A DNA stretch of 64,000 nucleotides from Phoronis australis (Eukaryota; Animalia; Phoronida), in NCBI GenBank assembly GCA_002633005.1, contig NMRA01000390.1, positions 352,836 through 416,835 on the forward strand, read 5' to 3'. The notes below the pieces were generated by a model. The model saw nothing but the letters and a program-made list of their open reading frames with translations. It did no database searches and was not told the DNA's origin. Made by a program: the position numbers and the translations under genes. Positions 26,700-41,055 of this stretch are shown here, piece by piece. How positions within the stretch are numbered: position 1 is the stretch's first letter; the number at the start of each line of letters is the position of its first letter.

Positions 26700-27600
26700 A
26701 AAAGGTTAGGTTTTAATCATTTCGATTAATGGAGAACCAATAGCCAAACAAGTGATATAGAACAATTGTAACTTAACTGTTAGCTGTAAATCCTTATTTT
26801 ACCAAGATTTGTACAATGCAGGCCTCATATATATTTTGTGAAGATTTTTAGATAGCCAGAACAAACTTATTAAATGGGAAAGCATTAAGAAAAATTATAA
26901 CTAGGATACGTCTATCATACCATTTTCTTCCACTGCAACGACCTTGAAGAAAGTTCTGAGTGTGTCGGATAGAAGGATTGTTAGTTGTAATAACATTAGA
27001 ATTTTATTCTTCAATAATTCCAATTCATGGATCAAAATCACATTTATTCACAAGTTTTCTGTAAAACCAGATAATTATGCGTTTTTACTCAACTATTACA
27101 CAGACGCCGGAATTAAAGAAACATATAATCTCCCTTTCAATCTACCCATAAATACTCATTCGACAATGATTAAATACTTTTTCATTCACAAAAGAATTGA
27201 TACAAACAAAATGTTAAAATTATTTGGTATTTCACAAACAGACCAATGTCCCTATTGTGGCAAAGTCCAGAATTTTCAGCATATATTTTACAGCTGCTTC
27301 TGTGTTAAACGTTTCTGAAATTCTTTACATCATTTCATAAGTAAATTTTTTAATTTACACACTGAGCCATCTATGTACCACTTCTTAATTTGCTTCTTTG
27401 GCAATCTGAGTGAAATCTTCAATACCAAAAACACTCATGCCCAACATTATATTTATACGTCATCGAGACATGGGTCTCAATCTTGTTTTAATAAGTTTAG
27501 ATTTATACTTTTTGACGCAGTGAACCTCATTGTATTTAATATCTCAGATAAAACTTCAGAACATTGGAGGGCTTTGCAGGCATCTCTTTAAAATGATGCA
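26700..27600 (+). mobile_element. Degenerate L1/Tx1-type LINE 3' fragment
   Basis: HKRIDTNKMLKLFGISQTDQCPYCGKVQNFQHIFYSC matches the C-terminal zinc-binding region of L1/Tx1 ORF2; many stops. Confidence 0.65.
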
Positions 27601-28249
27601 AACAATATATGGTGTTATCTTTTAACCACTTCTGTTGTATTATAAAAAATTGACCTTTTCATAAATATGCACCTACGTAAATGTAAACATAAGTTAAGTT
27701 AACTAAACTGTGTGAATGTGAGTGTGAATGAGTGTATGAATATCCTTCCTCTTCCCGTTCCCCCCTTTTTATATTATTCTCGGCTAATTATTCACCCAAT
27801 CATTTGGAGTATTTTCCTGATACTTATTTGTTCAATTGATATGATGTATTATACTCTAGTAAGTTGTAAAGATACGTAGTTGGGGCTACCCAACCCCAGC
27901 TGCATCTATTATTCATTAATGATATGCTTTCTGGGTAAATAAACGTATTAAAAAATCGATTGCTTTGGAAATAATAATAAAGCAGTTCGAATGATTGGAT
28001 TGGTTGTATAGGGTTAGTGAAGTATACCTTTAGAACATCAAGTTTCAAAATTCGTTAGAACAAAACTACAAAAGCCTAGTATACCTTATATATAAATGTT
28101 TTCGTCAAGGCATGCTTTGAAGAAATTGTAGAATTACCACCACCACACAAAGATGGTACGATTAAATACTAATTAAGGGCAGCTGCTAACAGCTAAATTT
28201 AGTACTTTTTCCAAGCCATTTAAAGTTGTGTCAGTTGCACGCATTTTAA

Positions 28250-28730
28250 CGCGTCTTAAATGACGGGATTCGCTGTTGTTTGTTTTTTGACTCTTTGAGC
28301 TTACCGTGACCTGATCGCATAGTACTGCCGTCGACTTGTTGTCACCTGCTTATATTTAGTCATCTCGGGATATTGTCCTTGGATGACCATTTGCCACTCA
28401 GCATACTAAGCGTTGTCGAGTGATTTCGGTTCATCGTTTATTTTTGTTCTGAGAGTAAATCTGTATTGAGTGCTGTGTACTTAATATTTTTTCACTTTTA
28501 AATTTCGTTCTTTGCACGCGTTAGGACGGGATTCACTGGCGGTTGTTTTGAACTCTTTTAGCTTGCAGTGACCTCATAGCGAAGCACTACCTTCGACTGG
28601 TTGTAACCCGCTCATTTTTAGCCATCTCGGGAGTTTGTCCTTGGATGATCATCTGCCACTCAGCCTACTTAGTGTTGTCGAGTGATTTCGGTTCACCGTA
28701 TATTTTTTGAGTGTCAATCTGTATTGAGTG
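28250..28730. repeat. Diverged tandem duplication, period about 265 bp
   Basis: acgggattc...catctcggga...gtccttggatga...gttgtcgagtgatttcggttca...aatctgtattgagtg occurs twice. Confidence 0.85.
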
Positions 28731-29918
28731 TGTTTAATGAATATGTAAAACCACTACTGCAGTCTGTGCAATCAAACCCTACTCATCCACATCACCGGAT
28801 ACTATTCAGTTGGCAATTTTTCCGTACATCTATATTCATGACGACTCCTTGACCTTTGGCTGACCTTAGGTGTGACATCTTTCCGGGATCCTCACAGGGA
28901 TCCTCAAAATCAAGAACGATACCTGTAAGGTCCTTATATTACTACTCACCATGCGATGTTTCCACATCAGCCTTGTTGATTGAGACCATATAAGATCAAA
29001 TAAAAAATAACTATTAACCATGCAGCTCAATTTGTTATCCAGTTATTATTCTGTTTAATTGTGCACAAGTAAATGTGTGTTATTAAATGACAATCACGTG
29101 TTTTCACTTGTACGCTTGTACTGAAAAACAACATCTGCATGCCCGAACTAACTCGCCAGTCAACCAAATCAGTACATCTTTGTGAATAATATATTTTCAT
29201 TGAAATGTATACTCCTTTAAAGACTCAATTATTAATGTGTATTCCGTAAGCAGCTATTATCACCATGGCTCCCGCTCGTGCACGACAGTGAAATATCAGC
29301 CAATCAGAGTGGACAGGAATGGATAATTTTGAAGTGCATAAAGTAGAGAATTTAAGACAAATTTGAATGAACTGAACGATATATTCGATTGGGACGATTA
29401 CCTGGACGACGGCGAGTATTGTCAGTGCCTTAAATTTGGTTGGGATGGACTAACCAATTCCAAATTTGGCGTGCGCAGGGAAATTCGTGGTACAAGTACA
29501 TTGCATGTTTTTATATATGGATGATGCAACATCCGTACGGAAACTGACGAGTGTTGTATCGAATGATCATGGTGGTATCACGAGTTTCAGACAAAAGCAC
29601 TTTCGATGTTTACCATACCATAAATTACACGCAGAGGTAGCCATGGACAAGTTATACAAACGACACGCTCTAAAATGTATAGGTATCCGTTTAACATGGG
29701 AAGACAGTGGTCTTTCCTATCAAATTATTATGGTAAAGAAATAAACTTGAAAGTGAACATGGTCACGTGACAGCAGAACATGAATGCACTACAAAGCTAT
29801 TATCGGACAACAACCAGAGATAAACCAACCCGTTAAATAGCTCACCAGCCTTGTCAAACTATGAATAAAAGGAATTCCTAAGCAAGTTCACTTTCCTTAT
29901 CTGTTTTATTTTCACCTC

Positions 29919-32900
29919 TTAGTGTTTTGTTCCCCACAAAAAACTTTTAGTCAGCGAAAGTTTTCTTAATACCGTAATGTTGTTGTTATTGCAGTCGTAT
30001 GCGCATGCGTTCCAGTAACTCGCCTCTCCAGTGTAGACTGCTTTGCCGCAGCCTCCACACTTTTCCAAGTCATGACATCGTGCCGCCGGAACTATCCAGT
30101 TCAAAGCATGCTCAAGTCGTTTCTCACACATATTAGCGAGTGTGTCACACCCCACCTCATATTCTTCTTGATACGGTTTCGGCGCACCACAGGCATTGCA
30201 GTTAACGCAACTGGGTGTGCCCAAGTCAAGACATCTACAACTTGATCGACAGCCAAGAGGTCCGCAGGTCCTGCAAGGTTTGCATGGACCACAAGGTCCA
30301 CAACTACCGCCACAACGAGGACCACAACCTTTCTTGCAACAGGTGTTGTTTTCTTCGTCACCTGTCGCGATGTCTCCCACGTGTAAATGAACCGAGTTGT
30401 TAAATTTGTCTCTCGCAATATCTCGTCCGCACATCGCCGTGTCTCCACCAGTACAGCACTCTCGGTTCAACACTGTGACGTCCTTTGTAGTACATGTATC
30501 GCAAACAGAGAATCTCCCGCATACGGGTCCACGACACATACGACAACAGCCAGATAGACTCATGCCGCTGCCTCTGCCACGTCCTCGACCACGACCGCGC
30601 CCCCTGGGTCCAAACCGTGACTCATCAGCGTTTGGGTAATTTCTTAAAGGACATACTGCAATAACATATACACATTTTTGAAAGCTTGGCCTTGACCAAT
30701 GGCTTACTGGTCATTAGTCAACGTTGCTTCGCGTTGGAGGGATGCAAATTAGATTTGCCTTTCGTATGTAGCTGATAGTAAAATGGCACCATTCAAACAA
30801 GATTGGTCAACCATTGATGTTAAAAGCGTTTTAAGTGAATGTTGGAATAAAACATTTGACTGGCCATCAATTTTATGAAGCTACAGTAACTTGAAATGGA
30901 GCTTTCGTTGACATGTTAGACATATTTCGAGTTCATAAACAAACAACCCAAACCAATTACAACTGGACTCGTGACCACCAGCTTTTATTCTGCAGTCGAT
31001 TCGAAAACGAGCGAATCACGTTCTACAAATCGAGAACTGTTTACTATTTCGAGTGACGTGACTGATCATTTTTCGAGTACAGTACCGGCTCAGTTTGGAG
31101 GACACGGTCCCAAGTTCTGTAATGTAATCTCTGTACTCGAAACTCGACATGAAACTTGGCCAATAATCAGGCATGTCTTAAACAGAGCTGAAGGTCCACC
31201 GGAGGGCTTTTCACCACTCGGTGAAATGGATAGAAATCAAACGAATGGGAGGCAAATTCTTGTTCATCAAATTCCTTCGACTCGTTTAGAAATCTGCAAA
31301 CGGTCTTGCTAGACCGTCAGTCCAGACCCCTTTGCATAGATGAACGAAGTACCAACATCTGACCATAGGTGCACTTAGAGTCCACCTCAGTATATACGGA
31401 AATGGACATCTGCCGTTGTCTGCACTCTAGGTGTGACCCCTGGTAGCCAAAATGAGCTAACTTAGATATTCATGGTACCGGTCGAAACTAATTTAAAACG
31501 GACAATAGTACATCACAGAACACCGAATGACTTATGGCAGACAAATTGCACTCTGGAATGGGTCCGGCAGAATCCAAGAAAAGGCCCCCTAAAATGAGCT
31601 AGCTCATACATTAGAAGTGCCACAAAAAACCAATTCCATATGATTCAATACATGTCACAGATCACTAAATGCCCCATTACAGACAGGATACACACTGGGT
31701 TGTGCCAGCCAGAAACCACCAAAATGTCAACAACGGTATGCCATTCATAATTTCCGTCGATTCTTCAATCAACTATTTTTTCCATGAGATTGTGTTCATG
31801 TCACAATAAATTATCGGAACTGGTTTCATTTAGTTATAACTTTCAAGTGTTTTGATACCAGCAAATTGAATTTCATAACAAATTTAGCTGCTGCAAAGCC
31901 GCATCACCTCCCGCCAGATGACGCAAATAACTAGAAAGTGCTGCGTGCGTATGACATGAGCGTATTGTTTTCAAAACGACGACGGAGAATTACGCAAGAG
32001 AATGACGTTTGTTATATTGTTTTTCACTTAAACGGCTGTAACACACGCACGCACGCAGGGGAGGAGGCTTGAAGGAGCCACCCATTTGGTGAAGTGGGCA
32101 AAAAGGACCGACTCAGAAAAACAAAAAGTCTGAGAAAACAAAAGTCCACAAAAAAGGCAGGAACTACCAAAATTCGGCGAACGCTCTGAATGTACCAGGT
32201 TTTTTCTAATAAAAGGTCCACAAAGTTGAGGAATTTTTAATGTTTCACGGATGTGACTATGCTGAAGAATGTCACGATCTGCAGGCGACTGAGGAGTGAT
32301 AACTCGTATACACAATGATTACATGTGCATTGGATTCATACAATGTAGGTGTAGTTTGAATGAATATAATGTCAGGGCAAATATTAACTATCTGTGAACT
32401 TTCTGTTGCTACATGTGCTTCAAAATGGGGGTTCATGTTACTTCTTTATGACTCAGGGTGAACAACCATATATTATGAATTTCAAGGCAAACTCGCTATT
32501 TTAAGTTTTCGTGTTTGGTCGTACAAAGTAAAATTACTGCACCTTCGTTTATTTAATTCCACACGGGTAAAGGTTTTCAAATGTTTTACGTTTTAAGTTG
32601 CTCAATTCAATATATGCACATATATGTGGTTGAGTCCGGACGGAAGCCATGAACTATTTATATGAAAAAGTAGCGAGTATATTAGCCAACCACCTATCTG
32701 TATGAATGCTATCGCTAAAATACATCTAGGAAGCACTGTGTAGAGCTCCACCTGACCCCGAAGTATCACACCGACCACCACGTAGTTCTGCTCGTCACCT
32801 TATAAAACTGATATCAACATGTAGCCAGCCAGCTAGCTGTATGAAGACTGTCGTCAAAATACAGCTAGGTCCCACTGCGTGTATTTCTTCCGTAGACAGC

Positions 32901-35900
32901 AAAATTGCACACAGCCAAGGTAGTTCTGCTCGTCACCGCGCCCAGAAACTTGTATCAACATGTAAAGCTAAAGACCGGACGGTGTGCATGCAAAATCTGG
33001 GAGTCAACCGACACACCTTGCCCGTTACAGCCGTTTAAGTGAAAAACAATGCAATAAACTTCATTTTATTGCGTAACTCTCTGCCTTTTCTAACAATGAA
33101 AAGTATTTCGTCCTTTTGAAAACAGTACGCTCGTGTCACGCGCACGCGCCTTTTCCTAAATTTTTGCGACATCTCTCAGGAGACAATGACAGCTTGGAAG
33201 CAACAAAATTTCTTCTGAAATTCGATTTTTCGGTACCAAAATTCTAAAAACTTTTAATGAGGACAAACCAGTTCTGATAATTTGTTGTGACGTGTACGCA
33301 ACCTCGTGAAAGAACAACAGTTGATTGAAGAATCGGCGAAAGAAGAAACTGGCCAATAGGTGACGCAAAATTTCATGGCGCCGAAAGCGGTCGCTAAAGA
33401 TCGCTCCAGAACTTTAGAACGCCATTTTTGCCAACACCGTTAAATAACTTAAATTATTCAAGGAAGACTGTAGTTTTTAATGACGCTAATTTTGTGTCAG
33501 ATTTTATCTTACCACTTTTTTACCCGCATCGGTGCGAAGCTGTATATTTATATACAGCTTTGTACCAAGGCTAATCAACATGTAGCCTTGGTACAAAGCT
33601 GTATACTAAATACAACGCTTTGCGCCGATGTGGGTAAAAAAGTGGAAAGATAAAATCTGGCACAAAATTAGTGTCATTAAATATTACAGTCTTTCTTGAG
33701 TAAACTAAATTATTTAGCTGTGTTGGAAAAAATGGCGTTCTACCGTTATTCTGCTGCTAAAGCTGTGGAGCAAACTTCTGACATGTTGCGTCACCTCTTG
33801 GCCAGTTTCTTTTTTCGCCGATTCTTCAATCAACTGTTGTTCTTGCACGAGGTTACGTTCACGTCACAACAAATTATTGGAACTGGTGTCACTTCATTAT
33901 AAGTTTTTAGAATTTTGATACCGAAAAACCGAATTTCAGATCAAATTTTGCTGCTGCGAAGTTGTCGCAAAAATTTAGGAAATGGCGCATGCGCGTGACA
34001 CGAACGTACTGTTTTCAAAATGACAACGCACTTTTCATTGTTACAGAAGGTCGAGAATAACGCAAGAAAAAGACTTTTGTTGTATTGTTTTTCATTTAAA
34101 TGGTTGTAACGGGCGAGATGAATGTCGTTTGATTCTCAGATTTTGCATGCACCCCGTCCGGTCTTCAGCTCTACATGTTGATACAGGTTTCACCGCGAGG
34201 TGACGAGCAGAACTACCCTGGCTGTGTGCAATTTCGGGGTCTACGGAAGAAAAACAGTGGTACCTAGCTGTATTTTGACGATAGTCTTCATACAGCTTGC
34301 TGGCTAGCTAATCAACATGTAGAACTAACAATTGGCGGAGATGCATGCAAAACCTGGGAGTAAACCGACTGTCGCCTTGCTGTTGCTACCGTTTAAGTGA
34401 AAAACAATCTAATAAACGTCATTTTATGCACAATTCTCCGCTTTAAAGTCGTTTTGAAAACTGTACGCTAGTGTCATCCGCACACGCCATTTTCTAAATT
34501 GTTGCGACACCCCTCTGGAGATGCTGGCAGCTTTGCAGCACTAAAGTTTGTTCTGAAATTCGGTTTGCTTGTATTAACACTGTAAAAACTTAAAACGAAC
34601 TGAAACCAATTCCAATAATTTGTTGTGACTTGTACGCAATCTCGTGGTAGAAGAACAGTTGATTGAATAATTGGGGAAAAAAGAAACTGGCCAAAAGGTG
34701 ACATTGTACTTCATGGCCCTGAAAGCCGACGCATAAAATCGCTTCACAACTTTAACAGCAGAATAACGGTAGAACGCCAATTTTTTGACATCGGTAAATA
34801 ATTAAATTTACTCAGGGAAGAGTGTTGGACAGTTTTTATTGACATCGAAACTTACTCTGAATCCAAATGGGATTGGAAATCTTTTCGTTGAAAGCGGAAG
34901 ATTTAGTAGATTGCATATCACAATCAATTTGCACATCAAATATTGACACGCACACGTCAGATTACAATCTTGTGAAGAAATTTATCTGTAGAAATGAAAA
35001 GGGGGCTATAACTGAACGGAAATACAACCTTAGTACACATTCAAAGGAAGATTGGGCGTTTTATTGTTCGCTATTACTCCGTCATTTACATTTTTCATCA
35101 TGCGGTGAACTCGTATACATTCACGTGGTTCAATGAATCATTATTGATTTTAATATGTCGGCCATCATAGGTCAAATGTCTGTTAAAAGATCATAAATGC
35201 AACCAATTTGATTTGCTGTTGTTCAAATTTGTGGAAAGAAGCAAAATATAACCAAGTAAGACCATTCATGATTTCATAAGTACGTAACGGAATTTGAGTT
35301 TGTTTGGTACTAAAACACTCGATAAGTGTTTTCACCCGCACCTGTATTTTTTCTGAATTATGTCCATTTCACAGAATTTGCAACATTTGTTCGATGGATC
35401 TCCAGACATGTTTGAGCTGTTGTACGTTTATAGTTGTTCGAGTACAGTGGATACCGAGTATGTATGATTAGAAGTTTTCGTTTGAGGTTTTTCGAGTACA
35501 GTGGATACTGGGTATATATGACTGGAAGCCGTATCGCCGGATACGTTAATTTTCAAGTGAATAGAGAGTACTCCGGCACAACGGCAGTCTCACTGCGCTT
35601 TACTTACTTCTCTCGCATATCATATTACGTGGTCGACGATTTCGCCGATTTTTATCACTTGCCCAATCTTTGCCGAGGGGTATTTGGGTGGCGTTCCGAA
35701 ACCTGCTTTCTAAAATTGCAATTCGATCTTGAACGTTCATAGCATCATGTATTTGTTTTTGTGCAATTTCATACGGTAAATACTTGGCCTGTTGTTTGAA
35801 AGTCGGAGGTTTTGCTTGCTTCCCTCCTTTTTTACCCTTTTCCTCCTTTTCCCCCTTTTTCTTTTTCTTTTTCTTTTTCTTGTGTGGAAGATGACTTCTG

Positions 35901-36196
35901 AGGGATGACGATCGTCTACGTGATCTTTTGGAGGCATAAATTTGACGACGCATTCTATTACCGTGCTTCCTCTTGCTAGAACGTGAGCGACTACCACTGT
36001 ACCTGTGTTTATGAGCTGAATTGTTTTTTGTGCTCTTCCTATCACGCAACCGTTTGCTCTTTGACTTGGAGTTATTATTCTTACCAAGAACGAACTTTTG
36101 TGGCGTCTGTTTATCACTCTCGATGCAACTACTTAGTAAATTGCCATCCTTGTATTTTTCCCTGAATTCAACCAGCGATGTAACATGACAAAACAT
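29919..36196 (-). CDS. Paralogue B: basic plus RG/Cys-rich protein, exons 36196-35608 and 30655-29919 (~441 aa)
   Basis: Donor AGA A|gtaagt at 35608/35607 and acceptor ttgcag|TA at 30656/30655, both phase 1, give ...MICER-I-CPLRNYPNADESRFGPRGRGRGRGRGRGSGMSLSGCC; exon 1 shares H-K9 and DRIAILE/DRLEQLE blocks with paralogue A. Confidence 0.75.
32683..34840. mobile_element. Older copy of a TAGCC-ended DNA element carrying two younger inverted copies (32822-33573 and 33583-34310) separated and flanked by the 9-bp ATCAACATG; Academ-like signature
   Basis: ATCAACATG at 32813-32821, 33574-33582 and 34311-34319; inner copies start TAGC and end GCTA and are reverse complements of each other; outer flanks continue the same family sequence. 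Confidence 0.85.
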
Positions 36197-39100
36197 TATA
36201 TTTTCCTTTAAAAGTTATGGTCTAAACTTTTTCACACCGTGTACCAAGAATTTTCGCGTGGCAAATTAAGCACTTGTAGTCATGCTACAAATATACCTGT
36301 GTGTTATCTCTCCAAGGTAATCTCATTCATCTGTTCAGAGCGTTTGTTGTTTTCATTTCTTGTGTGACCCATGCGTTATTTCCCCACCATACCCAAACTA
36401 AAAAGGTTGCGCTTCGTTTACAGTATCGGAGCACGAGCATAGTTTCACAATCACGTGCACAACTCAAATGAGACAACGTCAACGTATCTTGCGAGACAAG
36501 AACGCGTAATCCTTGTGACTAGTGCCGTATTCTAAACTTTGCTTTTAGTCCACGGATCTGTCGAGCAATTCGGTAAACCAATTTTGAATCCAAAAAGGGT
36601 TGGAAAGCAGTTCATTGAAAGTGTAGAATTTAGTGACATACATATTACACTCAAACTGCTCATCAAATATTAACCACACGCGTCGAAATTACGATCACAT
36701 GGAGAATTTTATCTTCAAAAATGACACGACGAATGTGACTGCACGGAAATCATGCCCTTCGAAATTTTTCTTCACTCGAAGATCCGACGTTTCACTATTT
36801 GCTCGTCACTCAGCCATTTTTATCCCATACAAGTTGAGTCAGTAGAGTGCAATACGGCCATGTAATATCGTTTTCCCTATTCACTTCCCGCACTACTTTA
36901 ATAGTGACCACTGAGATGGAAAGTTCAAAAGGTAAGTGAATGTCGACTCAGCGTCGATAGGCGGTTCGATAATCAAACTTTCCGAAAATAGTTTGAAATG
37001 ATACAATTGAAGCAGTGTAAATACCACTCAACATGCATTCAGGTCTCAATCGTAACATCTGGAACAGGACTGGTAATTTGATGACAGTTCTGTCTCAGTT
37101 TTCAATTGCTAAATATTATATGGTCTGCAATTTTCACAAAAATGGCAGTCATTTGAAATTATAAGTCTTGCAACATTTCAAGGCATGAGTTAAGACTATT
37201 TAGTCATTAAGAATTCAGAAAATGTAATATATTTTTATGGTTTTACATTTGATAGCAAACAGTTTCATGATATAAACTTGAAGGAACTTCATTAAGGTTA
37301 AGAATTACCTCACCATGCTTCTTTCCCTATATACTATTACCCGTTATTTCCACACATTCATTTGTAACAAATTTCACAACCCCAACCCCCTATGCCAACC
37401 CTCCGCTAGAACCTGAATAAGTAAATTAACAAAACGACTTTCATACCTTTCTTTAAAAATAGCTATTCTTTTTCAAAGGCTTTGTTCGTTGTCTCCGATA
37501 CAGAAAGTAGGCTTTGACAAAAGATCTGCACTAGATGGGAAGATCTTGCTGGTTAGCTGCAGTCATATGCTTAAAACCAATTTTTGTCCATTCTGGGACG
37601 GTGCAGAAGCGATGCATATCTCCTCTGCCCGGTACAAGCCCTCAAACCTAAAAGCCAAAGGTCACATGAAAACAGACATGATAGATTTCTATTTCAACAT
37701 GTAATAGATTTCCGGAAGACATAGGATAGGGAGTAAACAAATAGTCTAATGCCAATGGATATTTGTCACGTACCCTTTGCCATTGGGCTTGGATTGTAAT
37801 CTAAATTCATTAACCAATATCGAATTGACAGCATAAATATTCAGCATTGATTGACATAGGTCTAACTGTCGCTGATAAACCTGTTAGAAAACATTCCAAA
37901 CATTAATACTACCTCTCCTAGAAAAACCCTTTTCAGGCAAACTCAGATTCAGTTGGCACAGCTGCAAGCCATTTCACCATGTATTTAAAGGGCTCTCGAA
38001 ACCGAGGCTTCTTAATCTACACTGTATCACCACTAGTACACGCTCGCCCTCTAGTTAATGTAAATTTTCCGAATAGCCCCATTGATTTACTCCGCCGGGT
38101 TTGCCGGTTCACCGGCAAAGATATTTGATTTATATGGGGGGCACACTACCGTTATTACACAATCTTGGCTGCCAACCCACACCTAAGTGGAGATGAGTTC
38201 TTTCCTCAGTCACGTCCTTGTCAAGAGTGTGAAGAATCAAAGAGTTTTGTAGCATTCTCAACTCACAAGCATTACTCATAACTAAAGCTTTTCTCTTCCT
38301 TGCAAGGGGCCTGAAAAAAGTGACTACAGATTCAGAATGTCCGATGTCTGTAAACCCTAAAAATGTGGTCATAGTACGCCCTTTACAAGCTGCCTTTTTG
38401 GCAATTTTGATATGTTTGACAGCCACCTGAAATCGTGCCCCTTTTCTCAGACAGCAGGCGACAGAGGATGAAAGCAAACTACTGGCACCATTGTGTGTCA
38501 AAAGTAGGTCACGGTTAAAAAAGAAGAAAATTTCGCTTTTCTCATTTAAAACCACAAGCAAACCAATTTTCTTCAAATTATTTCCGCAGCATTCTTCAAA
38601 AAAAAAAACTGCCATACCTGCCACAAGCCCTTAATTTGAATTCTAGGCACTTAAGAAAATGCCACGTGACTGCAGCCTCATGATTCAATGCTACCTATTA
38701 TGTGAGCCGGAAGTTGTCACAGGCAATCAATCAAATGTCTTCATTTGCCAGTTGACCAGGCGTACACTAGGCTAGGCGAGTGGATCAAGTGGATTCAAGT
38801 ATTTTAAATAAGGAACAAATATATATCAACAGAATTTCAATATCACTCTAAAAACAATTATCAAATACAGTGAGTTTTTGAAACTTTATAACAGAGATAT
38901 TATCTCAAGCCTTATTTACAAAAATTGGCCATTTTTGCAATATTTATGTATGTCTAGCAAAATACCTTACCTTCATTTTTGTAGAAGATAAGAAGCATAT
39001 ACCGTGGAGCAAGAAAAAAATCAGCAGAACCAACCTGGAACTGCACAACCATGTTGAAATTTGTTTTTTACTTATCCGAGGTCAAAGGTTACAGGGCTGT

Positions 39101-40397
39101 CAATAAAATTCGAATCTCGATCCACCAGACATAGAGAGTGTACACCCAGTCCTTTCATTGGCTGAGTTTCCATAATATTGAGTCAACGAGATGTGCATAG
39201 GGCAGAAAGATACCGGGAAAGTGAAGGCATAACGTGATTTTCATCATGAGGGAGTTATGGGTCTGCATGCGTACGACGGCTGAAAACGAATGTACTAAGT
39301 CCGATTGGCTGGACTGCCCCTGTGACTTTGTGTTCACGAGCACTTCAAGTTGTTAAAACGGATAAAACCACACCCAAATCCCTTAATTTGATCGGTAATT
39401 TGACAATGCGCTGTTCCGATCTCATACTCACGACGCCCTTTACACCGACTCGATTGCTGTTGTCCATTTCGTAATTGGTTCCATATCAGTCTCCCGTGTG
39501 ATAGGCTGTGTATAACAAGGAACTGTTGACCTACTTTTAATGACGTCGAAGTTGAACCCGTCTTGACCTAGCTTGAGTGGGACACACTCAAAAAATTGAA
39601 ACGTTTTAATGATAATTAAGTTCTTGAGTCACTGCAAATTCAGTTAAAATTCCGAATGAATTTTGAAATAGCGAACATTGTTAAGGCATTTATAAGTTCT
39701 ATTGACCAAGAAGTTTTCACCTAGTAATAAAGCGATAACTGGCACATTTTGAAGACTCGCGACGTTTACACTTTTTCTCGGATTCGGCAAATCGACTACA
39801 CTTGAACTCAACAACACGAGCTCTAGATAAGGGCTCAGGGCTGTTCCAATAAAAAACGTATGGGAAGGAGGAATGTCTTTTCATTTTTACCCACCTCCCA
39901 TATTTTTCTTTTCTAACCCAGCACCTATAATTTTTAATTCGGTTGAAATATAAAATGCAACCACCCATAATATCTTTAATTTTTGCTTGAATTACACATG
40001 CTATGTTTTATTCTCTTTAGACTTGCCGTTACCCTTGATTAAGCACAGGTAGCAGCTAATGCATGGCAAATGCCGAGGAGAAATAGCTGCGCCTTCAAGT
40101 GAACATTAGTGTTTATCGCAAGAGAAAGGGGTATTTCTTGAAGAGACTGTTTTATTTTAAAGCCTTAATCAGAATTTATGTCAGATTTAGGCAGGGTTTG
40201 CGGCTGCAGCATTCTTTCCCCAGGCAGTAAAAATATATTTTTCTTTCCAGTACATTTGACCCTGCCGTAACATAATGTACGGTAATCAGCTATTCTTTAG
40301 AGTGAAATCTAAGGACGCCTTAAAGATACTGCCATTGTACATAAAGTGTACAATGTATTTACAAAAGTCACATCATATATGTTCATACCAAGGTAGA

Positions 40398-41055
40398 AAG
40401 CCAGCTAGCTGTATGAAGGCTATCGTCAACTTGCAGCTAGGTAGCTGTGTCGTGAGCTCCGTTGGACACCGAAACTTCACACAACCCGGGTAACACTGCT
40501 CATCACCTCGTGATGAAACTTATATCAACATGGAGACCTAACGACCAGCAGGGGTGCAAGCAGAATCTTTGGGAATCAACCAACACTCACCTTGCCCGTT
40601 GCAACCGTTTAAGTGAAAAAATAACCCAATCTAATAAACGTCCTTTTTGCGTAATTTTCCGCCTTTCGTAACAAATGAAGTTTGCCGTCCGGTTTTGAAC
40701 ACAATGTGCTCGTGACTCGCGCACGCACCATTTCCTACTGAAATTTTGCGACATCTCACGGGAGATGATGACAGCTTCGCAGCAAATTGGGTTTGCTGGT
40801 AGTAAAAATACTAAAAAAATGTAACTAAATGAAACCAGTTCCGATTGTTATGGCATGTACGTAACCTCGTGGAAGAGAAGAACAGTTGATTGAAGAATCG
40901 GGGAGATTGGCCAATAGGTTACACAATGGCGCAGAAAGCCGCCCCCAAAAAGCCCATCACAATTTTAGCAGCAAAATAATGATAGAAAGCCAATGTTTTC
41001 AACATCGGCAAATAAATAAGTTTACTCAAGGAAAAGTTTAGTTTTTAATGACATC
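40398..41055 (+). mobile_element. Further copy of the TAGCC-family element (also an inverted fragment at ~31740-32040)
   Basis: Colinear with 32822-33573 (gccagctagctgtatgaag...tatcaacatg...aacagttgattgaagaatcg). Confidence 0.8.

Noticed and set aside
38130-38624. 164-aa ORF
   Set aside because: Non-ATG start, no motifs or splice support.
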